Shown: in pieces, positions 20,785 to 30,871 of the stretch
Layout of the letters: each line of letters opens with the position of its first letter
How positions within the stretch are numbered: position 1 is the stretch's first letter
Source: Candidatus Magasanikbacteria bacterium CG1_02_32_51
GTDB taxonomy: Bacteria > Patescibacteriota > Patescibacteriia > Magasanikbacterales > UBA922
Reading direction: 5' to 3'
DNA: 59,118 nucleotides
Assembly (NCBI GenBank): GCA_001871435.1
Contig: MNVC01000014.1
Coordinates: forward strand, 1 to 59,118
Notes under the pieces: generated by a model
Database searches by the model: none
The model's input: the letters and a program-made list of their open reading frames with translations, nothing else
Told to the model about the DNA's origin: nothing
Translations under genes and position numbers: made by a program

Positions 20785-21951
20785 ATGTTCAATAAATTAT
20801 CAATAATTATCCCATGCTATAACTCAGAGAAGACTCTTTCAGAAGCAGTTAGCTCTATCTATCGTCAAAATATTCTTATTGATTTTGAAATTATTTTAGT
20901 TGATGATTATTCTTTAGACAGAACAAAAAAAATAATGGTTGAATTATCAGATCGATATTATCAGATAAAATGTTTTTTTCATGAAAAGAATTTAGGTGGT
21001 GGTGCTGCTAGGAATACCGGTGTTAAATTTAGTGATGGAGATTGTATATTTTGTTTGGACAGTGATGATGTTCTTGGTGATAATTCGTTGTCTAGAATGA
21101 TTTCTTTTTTGGATGAAAAAAAGTGTGATGGTGTTTTATTTGAGAAAAATATTTATTTTAAAAGAAAAATAAATAATGTTATTTCTGTTGTTAACAATAA
21201 ATTTTCAAATAAAGCCGTGATTATTGATGATTTATTTGATGAAAAAAAAACTTTTTTAACTTTAGTTAATTTTTTATATACTAGAAAGGCTTATTTAGAA
21301 GTTGGTGGTTATCCAGAACATCATGATTTTGATACTCAACATTTTGGTTATAAATTTCTTTCAAAAGATTTAGAGGCGTTTGTTTGTCAGGGCGCTATAT
21401 ATTACCAACGTATCAATAATTATAAATCGTATTTTCAACGTGTTTATGAAAAAGGTGAAATGTCTTTAAATATGTACTATATTTATGAAGACATTATCGA
21501 TAGATTTTCTAGCGGTGTTATTTCAGAAATTTATGATTATGATATTTTTGGTAAGAATAAATTATGTGTCGATGAGTTGGGTGCCCATATTAATGCACTA
21601 TATCTAAATAATAAATTAAACTTTTTTAAAAGAAAGAATGGTACTTATGTGGACAGGAATGAGTGGACAGACCTTTTCGTTCAGGCTATAAAATCATACA
21701 AAGAAGGGAAATATGCTGAGTCAATAGATATCTATAAAAAGATTGCTTTTTTGCATGGTTGTGGTAAAATCATGGTTATGAATTTGGTTAGAAATTATTT
21801 AGCATTATCAAATATTTACGACATAAATGTTGTTGAAAAAGTAGCTATAAAAACGCTCGAAGAGATGAAAATAAAAAAACAAAAAATCAAAAATTTGTAT
21901 CCATTTTTAGTAAAAATATTTAATTTTTTTAAAAAGTATTATGATAAATAA
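20785..21951 (+). CDS. Glycosyltransferase family 2
   Basis: SIIIPCYN, VDDYS.D, GAARNTG, CLDSDD. Confidence 0.9.
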   Translation: MFNKLSIIIPCYNSEKTLSEAVSSIYRQNILIDFEIILVDDYSLDRTKKIMVELSDRYYQIKCFFHEKNLGGGAARNTGVKFSDGDCIFCLDSDDVLGDNSLSRMISFLDEKKCDGVLFEKNIYFKRKINNVISVVNNKFSNKAVIIDDLFDEKKTFLTLVNFLYTRKAYLEVGGYPEHHDFDTQHFGYKFLSKDLEAFVCQGAIYYQRINNYKSYFQRVYEKGEMSLNMYYIYEDIIDRFSSGVISEIYDYDIFGKNKLCVDELGAHINALYLNNKLNFFKRKNGTYVDRNEWTDLFVQAIKSYKEGKYAESIDIYKKIAFLHGCGKIMVMNLVRNYLALSNIYDINVVEKVAIKTLEEMKIKKQKIKNLYPFLVKIFNFFKKYYDK

Positions 21952-22723
21952 GAAAAAGATACGTAGTTATATTGCTAGAATACCCTTTGCTGTGAAAATA
22001 TATTTTTTGGTTATATCCATAATAAATTTTCCAAGATTTGTTATTGATTATTGGAGGTTCAAAAAAAAATCAAAAAATGAACGCTTTCCTTCTTTGAGAT
22101 TGAGGGATCTTTATCCATGTTTGACGGATAGAACTATCGATACACCTATTGAACCACACTATACTTACCATCCAGCTTGGGCTGCTAGAGTGGTATCCAA
22201 AATTAAGCCTGAGTTTCATGTTGATATTTCATCTTTCATACATTTTTCTACTATAGTTTCTGCATTTGTCCCTGTTAAATTTTATGATTATCGACCGGTA
22301 AAATTGAATTTATCTGGTTTGCAAAGTGAAAAAGGTGACCTAATGGCACTACCATTTGGGGATAGTTCTCTTCAGTCCATTTCGTGTATGCATACGATTG
22401 AGCATATTGGGTTGGGGCGTTATGGTGATATACTAGATTACGATGGTGATCTAAAGGCTATAGGGGAGTTGAAAAGGGTTGTGGCAACGGGTGGATCTCT
22501 AATATTTGTTGTGCCAATGAGTGGAAAACCTAGAATAGAGTACAATGCTCACAGACTGTATTCATATGACCAAGTATCGTCAATGTTTTCTGACATGGAG
22601 TTAAGGGAGTTTTCGTTAATTCCTGATAATCATAAAGAAACTGGTATGATTTATAATGCGACTAAAGAAATGGCTGATTTACAAAATATGGGTTGTGGAT
22701 GTTTTTGGTTTGTTAAAAAATAA
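21941..22723 (+). CDS. DUF268-like SAM-dependent methyltransferase
   Basis: SCMHTIEHIGLGRYGD, NAHRLY. Confidence 0.8.
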   Translation: MINKKKIRSYIARIPFAVKIYFLVISIINFPRFVIDYWRFKKKSKNERFPSLRLRDLYPCLTDRTIDTPIEPHYTYHPAWAARVVSKIKPEFHVDISSFIHFSTIVSAFVPVKFYDYRPVKLNLSGLQSEKGDLMALPFGDSSLQSISCMHTIEHIGLGRYGDILDYDGDLKAIGELKRVVATGGSLIFVVPMSGKPRIEYNAHRLYSYDQVSSMFSDMELREFSLIPDNHKETGMIYNATKEMADLQNMGCGCFWFVKK

Positions 22724-22724
22724 T

Positions 22725-23633
22725 ATGTCAATGTATAAAGTACCAATTTTATTATTACTCTTTAATCGTATTGAAACGGCCCAAAAGGTTTTTTCTAAAG
22801 TCAGATTAGTAAAACCAGAAAGATTATTTATTGCTGTAGATGGTCCACGAGAAGGTGTGGCAGATGATGTATACAATTGTCAATCTGTTAGAGACATTGT
22901 AAATCAAATTGATTGGCCGTGTGAGGTAAAGACATTATTTCAAGAAAAGAATAAGGGTCTTCTGTATGGTCCAGCTGAAGCTATAACCTGGTTTTTTAGT
23001 TATGTCGAAGAGGGGGTAATTTTGGAAGATGATTGTGTACCATCAGATTCATTTTTTAAATTTTGTGAAATATTACTTGAAAAATATAGATTTGACGAAA
23101 GGGTGATGCATATTGGTGGAAGTAATTTTAATCAAGGTAGAAGATTTGGTGACAGCAGTTATTATTTTTCAAAATTTAATTTACTTTGGGGATGGGCAAG
23201 TTGGCGTAGGGCTTGGAAATATTATGATACTGAAATGAAGAACTTTCCAGAGTTTAAAAGAACTCACATGATTGACGGCGTATGGTTTGATAAAAAACGT
23301 GGGCGATCTTTTAATAAAATATTTGAAAAAATATACAATAAAAAAGTTATGGTTTGGGATTATATCTGGACATATACTGTTTGGTCCCAAAATGGTCTAT
23401 CAGCCTTACCAAATGTTAATCTAATTTCAAATATTGGATCTGGACCTTTTGCAACAAACACAAAAGATGAGAGTGATCTGATGTTTCAGGATGTCTCAGA
23501 AATCTCGGAGTACAGTCACCCAAGTTTTGTGTTGTCTAATAATCTTGTAGATGAATTTATTTACAATCGTATTTTTAAAACTAATATTTTTAAAATAGTA
23601 AAAAATCGTCTTTATAAATTATTAAAACGTTAG
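22725..23633 (+). CDS. GT-A nucleotide-diphospho-sugar transferase
   Basis: PILLLLFNR, DGPR, ILEDDC, WGWASWRRAW, NLISNIG. Confidence 0.85.
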   Translation: MSMYKVPILLLLFNRIETAQKVFSKVRLVKPERLFIAVDGPREGVADDVYNCQSVRDIVNQIDWPCEVKTLFQEKNKGLLYGPAEAITWFFSYVEEGVILEDDCVPSDSFFKFCEILLEKYRFDERVMHIGGSNFNQGRRFGDSSYYFSKFNLLWGWASWRRAWKYYDTEMKNFPEFKRTHMIDGVWFDKKRGRSFNKIFEKIYNKKVMVWDYIWTYTVWSQNGLSALPNVNLISNIGSGPFATNTKDESDLMFQDVSEISEYSHPSFVLSNNLVDEFIYNRIFKTNIFKIVKNRLYKLLKR

Positions 23634-23636
23634 TCT

Positions 23637-24725
23637 ATGTCAATAATAAATTTAATAAGACGGTATAGGTATGATAGGGCGGATTTCCGTTTACAGCTTG
23701 GTATGGTAATAAATCGTTATCGTGTAAATATCATCAAATTTTTTTGTAGCATAGTTTCGTCTATAAACAATAGCTTTTTTACATTTCATTTTAGGCCTAT
23801 TAATTCGGAAGATTATAATTTATGGTCCGATCCTGTGTATAGTACACCTTTGATGGCATTAATAATGCAAGGACCGTTAAAAAAAGAAAATAATTTTACT
23901 TTAGAGTCTATAAGAATCTATAAAAAGATATTCCCTAATACGCACATAATTGTTTCTACTTGGGAAGATGAAAAAGAGAAGTATATAGAACAAATAAAAG
24001 AAGAGGGTGTATTTGTTGTTTTAAATAAGAAACCTCTTGTTAGTGGTTTTGGTAATGTAAATTTTCAAATAATATCTACAATTAATGGCCTTTATAAGGC
24101 AAAAGAGCTGGGTGTTGAATATGTATACAAGACAAGGTGCGACCAAAGGATTAACGGTATAAATTTAAATGAATACTTTGTAAATTTGTTAAATTATTTC
24201 CCATCAGCCGGTGGCTTTAAACAAAAAAAAAGGATTATAGCATCCAGTTATATTTCTTTAAAGTTTGTACCTTATTTGTTGACTGATATGTTTCAATTTG
24301 GCAATGTTGATGACATGATTAATTATTGGAGTTGTGAGTTGGATAGTAGATCTAAATCTAATAGATTGATAAAGTCTATTCGGGATTTGCTTGACGTTAA
24401 GATGTCAGAGGTTTTGCTTTGTTCTTCATATTTGGAGAAAATTGGGAGAAAAAATAAGTGGACAATAGAAGATTCATGGCATGCTTTTGCGGACCATTTT
24501 TTAATTGTTGATCGTCATATTATCGATCAATTTTTTTATAAATATGACTATTATAATGAATTTGGTGGACATATTTATAGAAATATTACTAATAATCAAT
24601 ATATTACTTTTTTGGATTGGTTTAATTTGTATACAAATTTTTCAAATAAAAAAAATAATAAATTAGAATCAGTTATTGATTTACCAACTAGAAGTACTAT
24701 AATTAACAAAAACTATGAATATTAA
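23637..24725 (+). CDS. WavE-family polysaccharide synthesis protein
   Basis: IMQGP, IVSTW, NVNFQIISTINGL, KTRCDQ, DMFQFG. Confidence 0.75.
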   Translation: MSIINLIRRYRYDRADFRLQLGMVINRYRVNIIKFFCSIVSSINNSFFTFHFRPINSEDYNLWSDPVYSTPLMALIMQGPLKKENNFTLESIRIYKKIFPNTHIIVSTWEDEKEKYIEQIKEEGVFVVLNKKPLVSGFGNVNFQIISTINGLYKAKELGVEYVYKTRCDQRINGINLNEYFVNLLNYFPSAGGFKQKKRIIASSYISLKFVPYLLTDMFQFGNVDDMINYWSCELDSRSKSNRLIKSIRDLLDVKMSEVLLCSSYLEKIGRKNKWTIEDSWHAFADHFLIVDRHIIDQFFYKYDYYNEFGGHIYRNITNNQYITFLDWFNLYTNFSNKKNNKLESVIDLPTRSTIINKNYEY

Positions 24726-25635
24726 TTCTCCAATCACAAATACATCAAATGTTTCAATAATTAAGAAAATTCCCACAAAAGAATTAATCTATTATTATAA
24801 AAAAGATTTAAATATTGATGTTACAAAATATTACTCAAACTTACAAGAAATATATGTGTGTATTTGTGAAGAGACTGGATATAAATTTTATTACCCATTA
24901 GATCTGGGTGGTGATAGTGATTTTTATGGCCATTTTAGAAAATATCCTTGGTATTACATGCCGTGGAAATGGGAACATAAAGAGGCCATCAGGTATGTAA
25001 AAAAAGGAATGTCAGTTTTAGAAATTGGTTGTGCAGAAGGGGATTTTTTAAGTAGGGTAAAAAATATTAAAGATGTTAAAGCTACTGGTTTAGAATTGAG
25101 TCATGACGCTGCTATTGTTTCTCGTAAAAAAAATATTGAAGTATATGAAGAATTAATTGAGGTTCATGCCACAAAAAATTTAGAAAAATATGACATAGTA
25201 GTGATGTTTCAGGTTTTGGAGCATATTAGTAATATTCGTGAGTTTATATTATCTTGTTTATCAGTATTAAAACCAGGAGGTTTTTTGCTTATTAGTGTGC
25301 CAAATAATGATTCTTTTATTAAATTAGATGAAAAACCTGTTTTAAACGCCCCACCGCATCATCTTGGTCTTTGGAATGTTAGGTCTCTAATTAGTTTTAG
25401 TTCAATCTTTAATCTTGAAATTGTTAGTCTTCTTTTTGAACCAATGCAAAAGTATCATTTACCATATTTTTATCAAATTTTATATGGTAATAGTATAAAA
25501 AATATTTTTGGAAATGTAGTTGGAAAAATTTTGAATAAAATTTTAAGAAGTATATTCGTTTTTTTTGTTAGCTTTATTAGAGATTATATAACTGGACATA
25601 CTATAATGGGGGTGTATAAGAAGAAAAAGTTATGA
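24715..25635 (+). CDS. Class I SAM-dependent methyltransferase
   Basis: VLEIGCAEG, FQVLEH, LKPGG..ISVPN, PPHH. Confidence 0.88.
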   Translation: MNINSPITNTSNVSIIKKIPTKELIYYYKKDLNIDVTKYYSNLQEIYVCICEETGYKFYYPLDLGGDSDFYGHFRKYPWYYMPWKWEHKEAIRYVKKGMSVLEIGCAEGDFLSRVKNIKDVKATGLELSHDAAIVSRKKNIEVYEELIEVHATKNLEKYDIVVMFQVLEHISNIREFILSCLSVLKPGGFLLISVPNNDSFIKLDEKPVLNAPPHHLGLWNVRSLISFSSIFNLEIVSLLFEPMQKYHLPYFYQILYGNSIKNIFGNVVGKILNKILRSIFVFFVSFIRDYITGHTIMGVYKKKKL

Positions 25636-26816
25636 AAATTCTCCAGATTTCTCCAACCGATAATGTAATAGGTGGAGCTACAGGATTGGCCATGGATTTG
25701 AAATCATGTTTAGAAAAAAATAATATTCAGTCACCAATGTTTGTGGGTAAAAAATTTTCAGATTTGATTGATATCAAAGAAATTCCAAAAAATATCTTTA
25801 ATAAAGCTGTCAGTTTTTTACTTGCAAGTGATCTAGATTATTTTCAGTCAGATATTATATTAAGTTCCAAAGATTTTTATGAAGCAAATTTAGTGCATTG
25901 TCATAATTTACATGGTTGGTACTTTAAATTAGAAACACTAAGAAAAATTGCTCAGTTAAAACCAGTTGTTTGGACATTGCATGATATGTGGGCAATAACA
26001 CCACATTGCAGTCATAGTTTTAGCGATAAACAAAAAGATGGTTTTTATTTGTGTTCAAATAAGAATATTTACCCAGGGATTCTTTGGCACAATGAACGTT
26101 ACCTAATGAAAAAAAAGAGGTTTATCTATGAGAATAATAAGTTTAATATTGTAGTTCCTTCTTTGTGGCTTAAGGAAAAAGTTGAAAAAAGTGTTTTAAA
26201 AGATCAAAAAATTACATTAATAAATAATGGTGTTGATGTTGACATATTTAAAAAATATAATACAAAAGACGTACGTCGGGAGTTTAATTTGCCATTTGAA
26301 AAGAAGATAGTTTTAGTTATGTCTTTTGCCGGTAAGGATAACCCTTTTAAGGGTTGGTCATATGTGGAGAAGATTATTGAGCGTTTTATAAATAATAAAG
26401 ATGTTACTTTTGTTTGTATAGGTGATGGCTTAGATTCCGAAAGGGTAAAATATTTACCATTGACCAGAGATAGAAATGTAATGTCTAAATATTATTCTTT
26501 GGCAAATGTCTTGCTTTATACTTCATTAGCAGAAAATTTTCCACTGGTTATACTCGAAGCAATGAGTTGTGGTTTACCAATTGTTAGTTTTGATGTGGGA
26601 GGTATTGGCGAGGTTTTAATTGATAGAGTCAACGGATATTTAGCAGATTATAAATCATTGAGTGATTTAGAAAATGGTCTCATGTTTATTTTGAATATGC
26701 CTTTAATGAGATTAGATAAGATGGTAAATAATTCTGAAGAGGTAATTAGAGAGAAGTATACTTTGCAAATTATGACTCAGAAATATATAGATCTGTATAA
26801 ATCTTGTCTTAATTAA
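25632..26816 (+). CDS. Glycosyltransferase family 4 (WcaC-like)
   Basis: HCHNLHG, WTLHDMW, ENFPLVILEAMSCGLP. Confidence 0.9.
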   Translation: MKILQISPTDNVIGGATGLAMDLKSCLEKNNIQSPMFVGKKFSDLIDIKEIPKNIFNKAVSFLLASDLDYFQSDIILSSKDFYEANLVHCHNLHGWYFKLETLRKIAQLKPVVWTLHDMWAITPHCSHSFSDKQKDGFYLCSNKNIYPGILWHNERYLMKKKRFIYENNKFNIVVPSLWLKEKVEKSVLKDQKITLINNGVDVDIFKKYNTKDVRREFNLPFEKKIVLVMSFAGKDNPFKGWSYVEKIIERFINNKDVTFVCIGDGLDSERVKYLPLTRDRNVMSKYYSLANVLLYTSLAENFPLVILEAMSCGLPIVSFDVGGIGEVLIDRVNGYLADYKSLSDLENGLMFILNMPLMRLDKMVNNSEEVIREKYTLQIMTQKYIDLYKSCLN

Positions 26817-26822
26817 TCTTGT

Positions 26823-27656
26823 ATGATTTTTGATAAATTATCAGGTGGTTTGGGAAATCAAATGTTCCAATATGCTGCAGGCTATAGTTTGTCACTTAAT
26901 AATAGAATACCCTTAAATTTGGATTTGTCTTCATTTGAACATAAAAAAACCGGTATCACACATAGATATTTTCTTTTGAATAAATTTAATATTGATAGAA
27001 ATATTTTAATAAATCATATGGAAAAAATTAGTGGTTATAGAAAATTTTTATCTAAATTTATTACAAAGTTTTTTGGAGAAAATTTTTATTACAATATTAC
27101 ATTTTTAAGTAGCAAGTATCTTGATGGCTACTTCCAAAGTGAAAAATATTTCAAAAATATTGAAGACATCCTTAGAAAAGAATTTACCTTGAAAAATGAA
27201 ATGAGTGTGGTTGCTAGACAAGTAGAAAGTAAAATTTCTAATAGTATCAATTCTGTTTCTTTACATATTCGTCGTGGGGATTATGTACTTGATAATAAGA
27301 CTAACTCATATCACGGTATTTGTGATTTGGATTATTACAAAAAAGCTGTGGAATATTTCAAAAATAAATTAGGTGAGTTGAATATTTTTGTTTTTTCTGA
27401 TGATATAGTTTGGGTTAAAGAAAATTTGAGATTTGAAAACCTGTACTTTGTTTCTAGTCCTGATATAAAAGACTATGAAGAATTGATTCTCATGAGTAGA
27501 TGTAAGCATAATATTATTGCCAATAGTAGCTTTAGTTGGTGGGGGGCTTGGTTGAATGCTAACAAAAATAAGACAGTGATAACACCAAAAAAATGGTTTC
27601 AAAAATATAATATCAATCAAAAACATATTGTACCTAAATCTTGGATAAGATTATGA
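26823..27656 (+). CDS. Alpha-1,2-fucosyltransferase family (GT11)
   Basis: GGLGNQMFQYA, HIRRGDY, NSSFSWWGAWL. Confidence 0.92.
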   Translation: MIFDKLSGGLGNQMFQYAAGYSLSLNNRIPLNLDLSSFEHKKTGITHRYFLLNKFNIDRNILINHMEKISGYRKFLSKFITKFFGENFYYNITFLSSKYLDGYFQSEKYFKNIEDILRKEFTLKNEMSVVARQVESKISNSINSVSLHIRRGDYVLDNKTNSYHGICDLDYYKKAVEYFKNKLGELNIFVFSDDIVWVKENLRFENLYFVSSPDIKDYEELILMSRCKHNIIANSSFSWWGAWLNANKNKTVITPKKWFQKYNINQKHIVPKSWIRL

Positions 27657-27788
27657 TAGAAGTAGTCAAACCAAAAAATAGTATTGACATGGATATTTGT
27701 AGTCGTACTAGATATACTGTTGAAGAAATTTATAGTGATTCGTTACGAGACTTAATAATAGGATTTTAGTTTTTATTTCGCATTGTAT

Positions 27789-28565
27789 ATGAAAGTTTTG
27801 ATTTTAGCTGGCGGGCAGGGAACTCGTTTGGGTGAACTCGGAAAACAGATTGCCAAGCCCATGATCAAGGTATGTGGTAAGCCTGTTTTGGAATACCAAA
27901 TAGAATTATTGTCTAGATATGATTTTAGTAATATAGTATTAGTGGTAGGACATTTACAAGAACAAATTATGGAATATTTTGGTAACGGGGATAAATGGGG
28001 TGTTAAAATTCAATATGATAACCAGAATATTGAGATGGGAACAGCTGGAAGAATAAAAAATTTACAAGTTGATTTAGAAGACGATTTTTTTGTGCTTTAT
28101 GGTGATTTGATGTTTAATGTTAATTTGGTAAAAATGTTGAAGGCACATAATCAATACAAATTAACCTTTGGTAATCAATTGTTGGGTACTCTACTTGTTC
28201 AACCCACTAATCATCCACATGATTGTGATTTGCTGGAAGTGAATGATGGTGGTGTGATTAATAAGATTTTTTCTAAACCACATCCTGTTGGCAGGACATG
28301 TCGAAATTTGAATAATGCAGCTATTTACATATTCACTCCTCAAATTTTTAGAACAATTGAGTCTAATCGTGCATTAGACTTTGGTAGAGATATTTTTCCC
28401 ACGATTGTTGAAGAAAGAAAGGGAATATTATGTGCATATAAAAGTGATGAATATTTGCAGGATATGGGCACACCTGAGCGTTTGAAAGAGGTTGAGTTAG
28501 ATGTTATGTCAGGACGATATGAAAAAGGCATGTTGTGTGTCGAAGAGAAAGATTTTTTGAATTAA
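27789..28565 (+). CDS. hddC: Heptose-1-phosphate guanylyltransferase-like nucleotidyltransferase
   Basis: ILAGGQGTRL..KPM, HPHDCDL, DMGTPERL; clustered with hddA and gmhA. Confidence 0.7.
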   Translation: MKVLILAGGQGTRLGELGKQIAKPMIKVCGKPVLEYQIELLSRYDFSNIVLVVGHLQEQIMEYFGNGDKWGVKIQYDNQNIEMGTAGRIKNLQVDLEDDFFVLYGDLMFNVNLVKMLKAHNQYKLTFGNQLLGTLLVQPTNHPHDCDLLEVNDGGVINKIFSKPHPVGRTCRNLNNAAIYIFTPQIFRTIESNRALDFGRDIFPTIVEERKGILCAYKSDEYLQDMGTPERLKEVELDVMSGRYEKGMLCVEEKDFLN

Positions 28566-28580
28566 ATATTAGTGATTTGT

Positions 28581-29282
28581 ATGAATAAAAAAATTGGAGT
28601 AGCTTTTGATTTGGAAGGTACAGTGATAGATGTGGAAGAATGTCACCATCTAGCACATCTTAAAATTGCCAAACAATTAGGGCTTAATTTATCAGTGTCG
28701 GATGCTATCGAAAAGATAGAACACTTCATAGGTGGTCCAGACATTTTGATTATGGAAGAAATTTTAGTATTGAGTGGTAAATCTGGTAATTCAGAACAGT
28801 TGCTTCAAGAAGACAATAAACTATATAAAGAATTTTTATCTACTGCAGTAATTAAAACTAGAGAAGGTTTTAGGGAGTGTTTGGAAGAGCTTAAAAAAAA
28901 TGAGATTGCGCTATCTGTTGGTTCTTTGTCCTCTAAAGATGAAGCTACTTATTTGATGAGGTGTTCAGGTTTAAATAAATTAATTCCTTCTGCTAACATT
29001 GTATATCGTGAAAGTGTAAAACATCTTAAGCCAGCGCAGGATGTATTTCTGGAAACAGCTCAAAGAATGGGGATTGATTTAGCAAATCAAATTGTTTTTG
29101 AAGACTCACCACGAGGTGTTATGTCAGCGGTGAATGCGGGTTCAAAAATGGTGATTGGTATGCCGGTTTATAACTGGCCTGCCACCAGGAATGCTTTACA
29201 AATTGCAGGTGCAAAGTATATATTTGGGAGCTGGAAAGAAGTAAATATATATGCTATTATAAAAGAGTTAAATAGCCTATGA
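28581..29282 (+). CDS. HAD-superfamily phosphatase (beta-PGM-like)
   Basis: FDLEGTVID, KPAQD, VFEDSPRG. Confidence 0.8.
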   Translation: MNKKIGVAFDLEGTVIDVEECHHLAHLKIAKQLGLNLSVSDAIEKIEHFIGGPDILIMEEILVLSGKSGNSEQLLQEDNKLYKEFLSTAVIKTREGFRECLEELKKNEIALSVGSLSSKDEATYLMRCSGLNKLIPSANIVYRESVKHLKPAQDVFLETAQRMGIDLANQIVFEDSPRGVMSAVNAGSKMVIGMPVYNWPATRNALQIAGAKYIFGSWKEVNIYAIIKELNSL

Positions 29283-30277
29283 TTATAGTAAAAGCCCCTT
29301 TGCGAATTACATTTGTTGGTGATGCAACCGATTTGCCTGGTTTTTGTAGTGTCTACCCTGGTCAATTGATTTCGACTACCATAAATAAATATGTTTATAT
29401 TGCTATTAATAATAGCTATCAGTTAAAAAAGTATATTATTAAATATAATATTACTGAGGAAGTGGAATTGGTTAGTGATATCAAGCATGACAGATTTAGG
29501 ACAATGCTGTCTGATTTGGGTATTAATGGTGGTATTGAAATTGGGGTATTTTCTGATTTGCCTGGTAATACTGGTCTAGGATCGTCGTCTGCTTTTTCTG
29601 TAGCCTTAATAAAGGCTTTATATAAACATCTAGGTAAAGATATTGATTCCCGAGGGGTGGCTGAAGAAGCATCAAGACTAGAGATTGATTTATTAAAAGA
29701 ACCTATCGGTAAACAGGATCAATATGCGACTGCGTTTGGAGGTTTTAATCATTTGCAGTTTAATCTAGATGGTAGTGTAGATGTTTTTCCACTTAAAATA
29801 GATTCCAATAAGATTAAAAAATTAGAGGACTATTCAATGTTATTTTTTACTGGTATTACTCGTCACGCCTCTAGTATACTGACAGAGCAAGTGAAAAAAA
29901 TAAAAGAAAATTTTGATACTTATAAAAATATGGCAGATTCTGTAACAGAATTTGAGAAAGCTTTGTTGGATGAAAATATGAATAAAATTGGGGAAATGAT
30001 AGACAGAGAGTGGCAGTGGAAAAAAACTTTAGCATCCAATGTGAGTAATGATTTGATAGACAAATTACATCAAATAGCTAAAAATGCTGGTGTTTTGGGA
30101 GGACGATTGATTGGAGCTGGTTCTGGTGGTTGCTTGTATTGTGTTGTGGAACCAAGTAAAAGAGATATTGTTTCGCAAGCTTTAATGGCACAGGCCAAAA
30201 TAGAAGGTCTGTTAGATTTTGCAGAAGTGCCAATAAAATTTGTTACTAAAGGATCGGATTTAATTTTTAATGAATAA
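29279..30277 (+). CDS. hddA: GHMP kinase, heptose-7-phosphate kinase-like
   Basis: APLRITF, PGNTGLGSSSA, IGKQDQY, GAGSGG. Confidence 0.8.
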   Translation: MIIVKAPLRITFVGDATDLPGFCSVYPGQLISTTINKYVYIAINNSYQLKKYIIKYNITEEVELVSDIKHDRFRTMLSDLGINGGIEIGVFSDLPGNTGLGSSSAFSVALIKALYKHLGKDIDSRGVAEEASRLEIDLLKEPIGKQDQYATAFGGFNHLQFNLDGSVDVFPLKIDSNKIKKLEDYSMLFFTGITRHASSILTEQVKKIKENFDTYKNMADSVTEFEKALLDENMNKIGEMIDREWQWKKTLASNVSNDLIDKLHQIAKNAGVLGGRLIGAGSGGCLYCVVEPSKRDIVSQALMAQAKIEGLLDFAEVPIKFVTKGSDLIFNE

Positions 30278-30280
30278 TAT

Positions 30281-30868
30281 ATGGAAGAAGATTTGAAATT
30301 AGTTGAACATTCTCATGATTATTTTGATCGTCTAAAAAAAGCCTTAGATGATTTTGACCATTCTGGATTGCATCGATTAATCAAAAAAATTGAACCATTG
30401 CGCGGTACAGAAAAAACTATTATTGTGGCTGGTAATGGTGGTAGTTCTTCTACCTGTTCTCATATGGTTACTGATATTGCTAAAACTATTTTAGGTAAGA
30501 ATGCTAAAGAAAAAGGAAATCGTTTTAGAATAATGTCACTAAATGATAATACACCTATTGTGACTGCCTGGGCTAACGATGAAGGGTATGAACATATTTT
30601 TTCTCAGCAGTTAAAAAATATGGGTCGATCTGGAGATTTATTGATTGTTCTTACTGGTAGTGGTCAATCTCCTAATATTATTGAGCTTGTTAAAATGGCA
30701 AAAACTATGGGAATATATAGTTTTGGTATTTCTGGATTTGATGGGGGTCTATTGAAGGAGTTGTGTGATGATTATTTACTTGCTGTTTCGAACGACTATG
30801 GAATTATTGAAGATTTTCATATGATAGTAGTTCATTTGATTACTGATTGGTTTAAAAAGATGGCATAA
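30281..30868 (+). CDS. gmhA: Phosphoheptose isomerase (SIS domain)
   Basis: AGNGGSS, TAWAND.GY, GSGQSPN, GFDGG, IEDFH. Confidence 0.88.
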   Translation: MEEDLKLVEHSHDYFDRLKKALDDFDHSGLHRLIKKIEPLRGTEKTIIVAGNGGSSSTCSHMVTDIAKTILGKNAKEKGNRFRIMSLNDNTPIVTAWANDEGYEHIFSQQLKNMGRSGDLLIVLTGSGQSPNIIELVKMAKTMGIYSFGISGFDGGLLKELCDDYLLAVSNDYGIIEDFHMIVVHLITDWFKKMA

Positions 30869-30871
30869 AAT

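Noticed and set aside
27653-27769. 38-codon ORF (MIEVVKPK...) overlapping the GT11 stop
   Set aside because: It may be the stump of a gene displaced by the heptose module, but it is too short to support.
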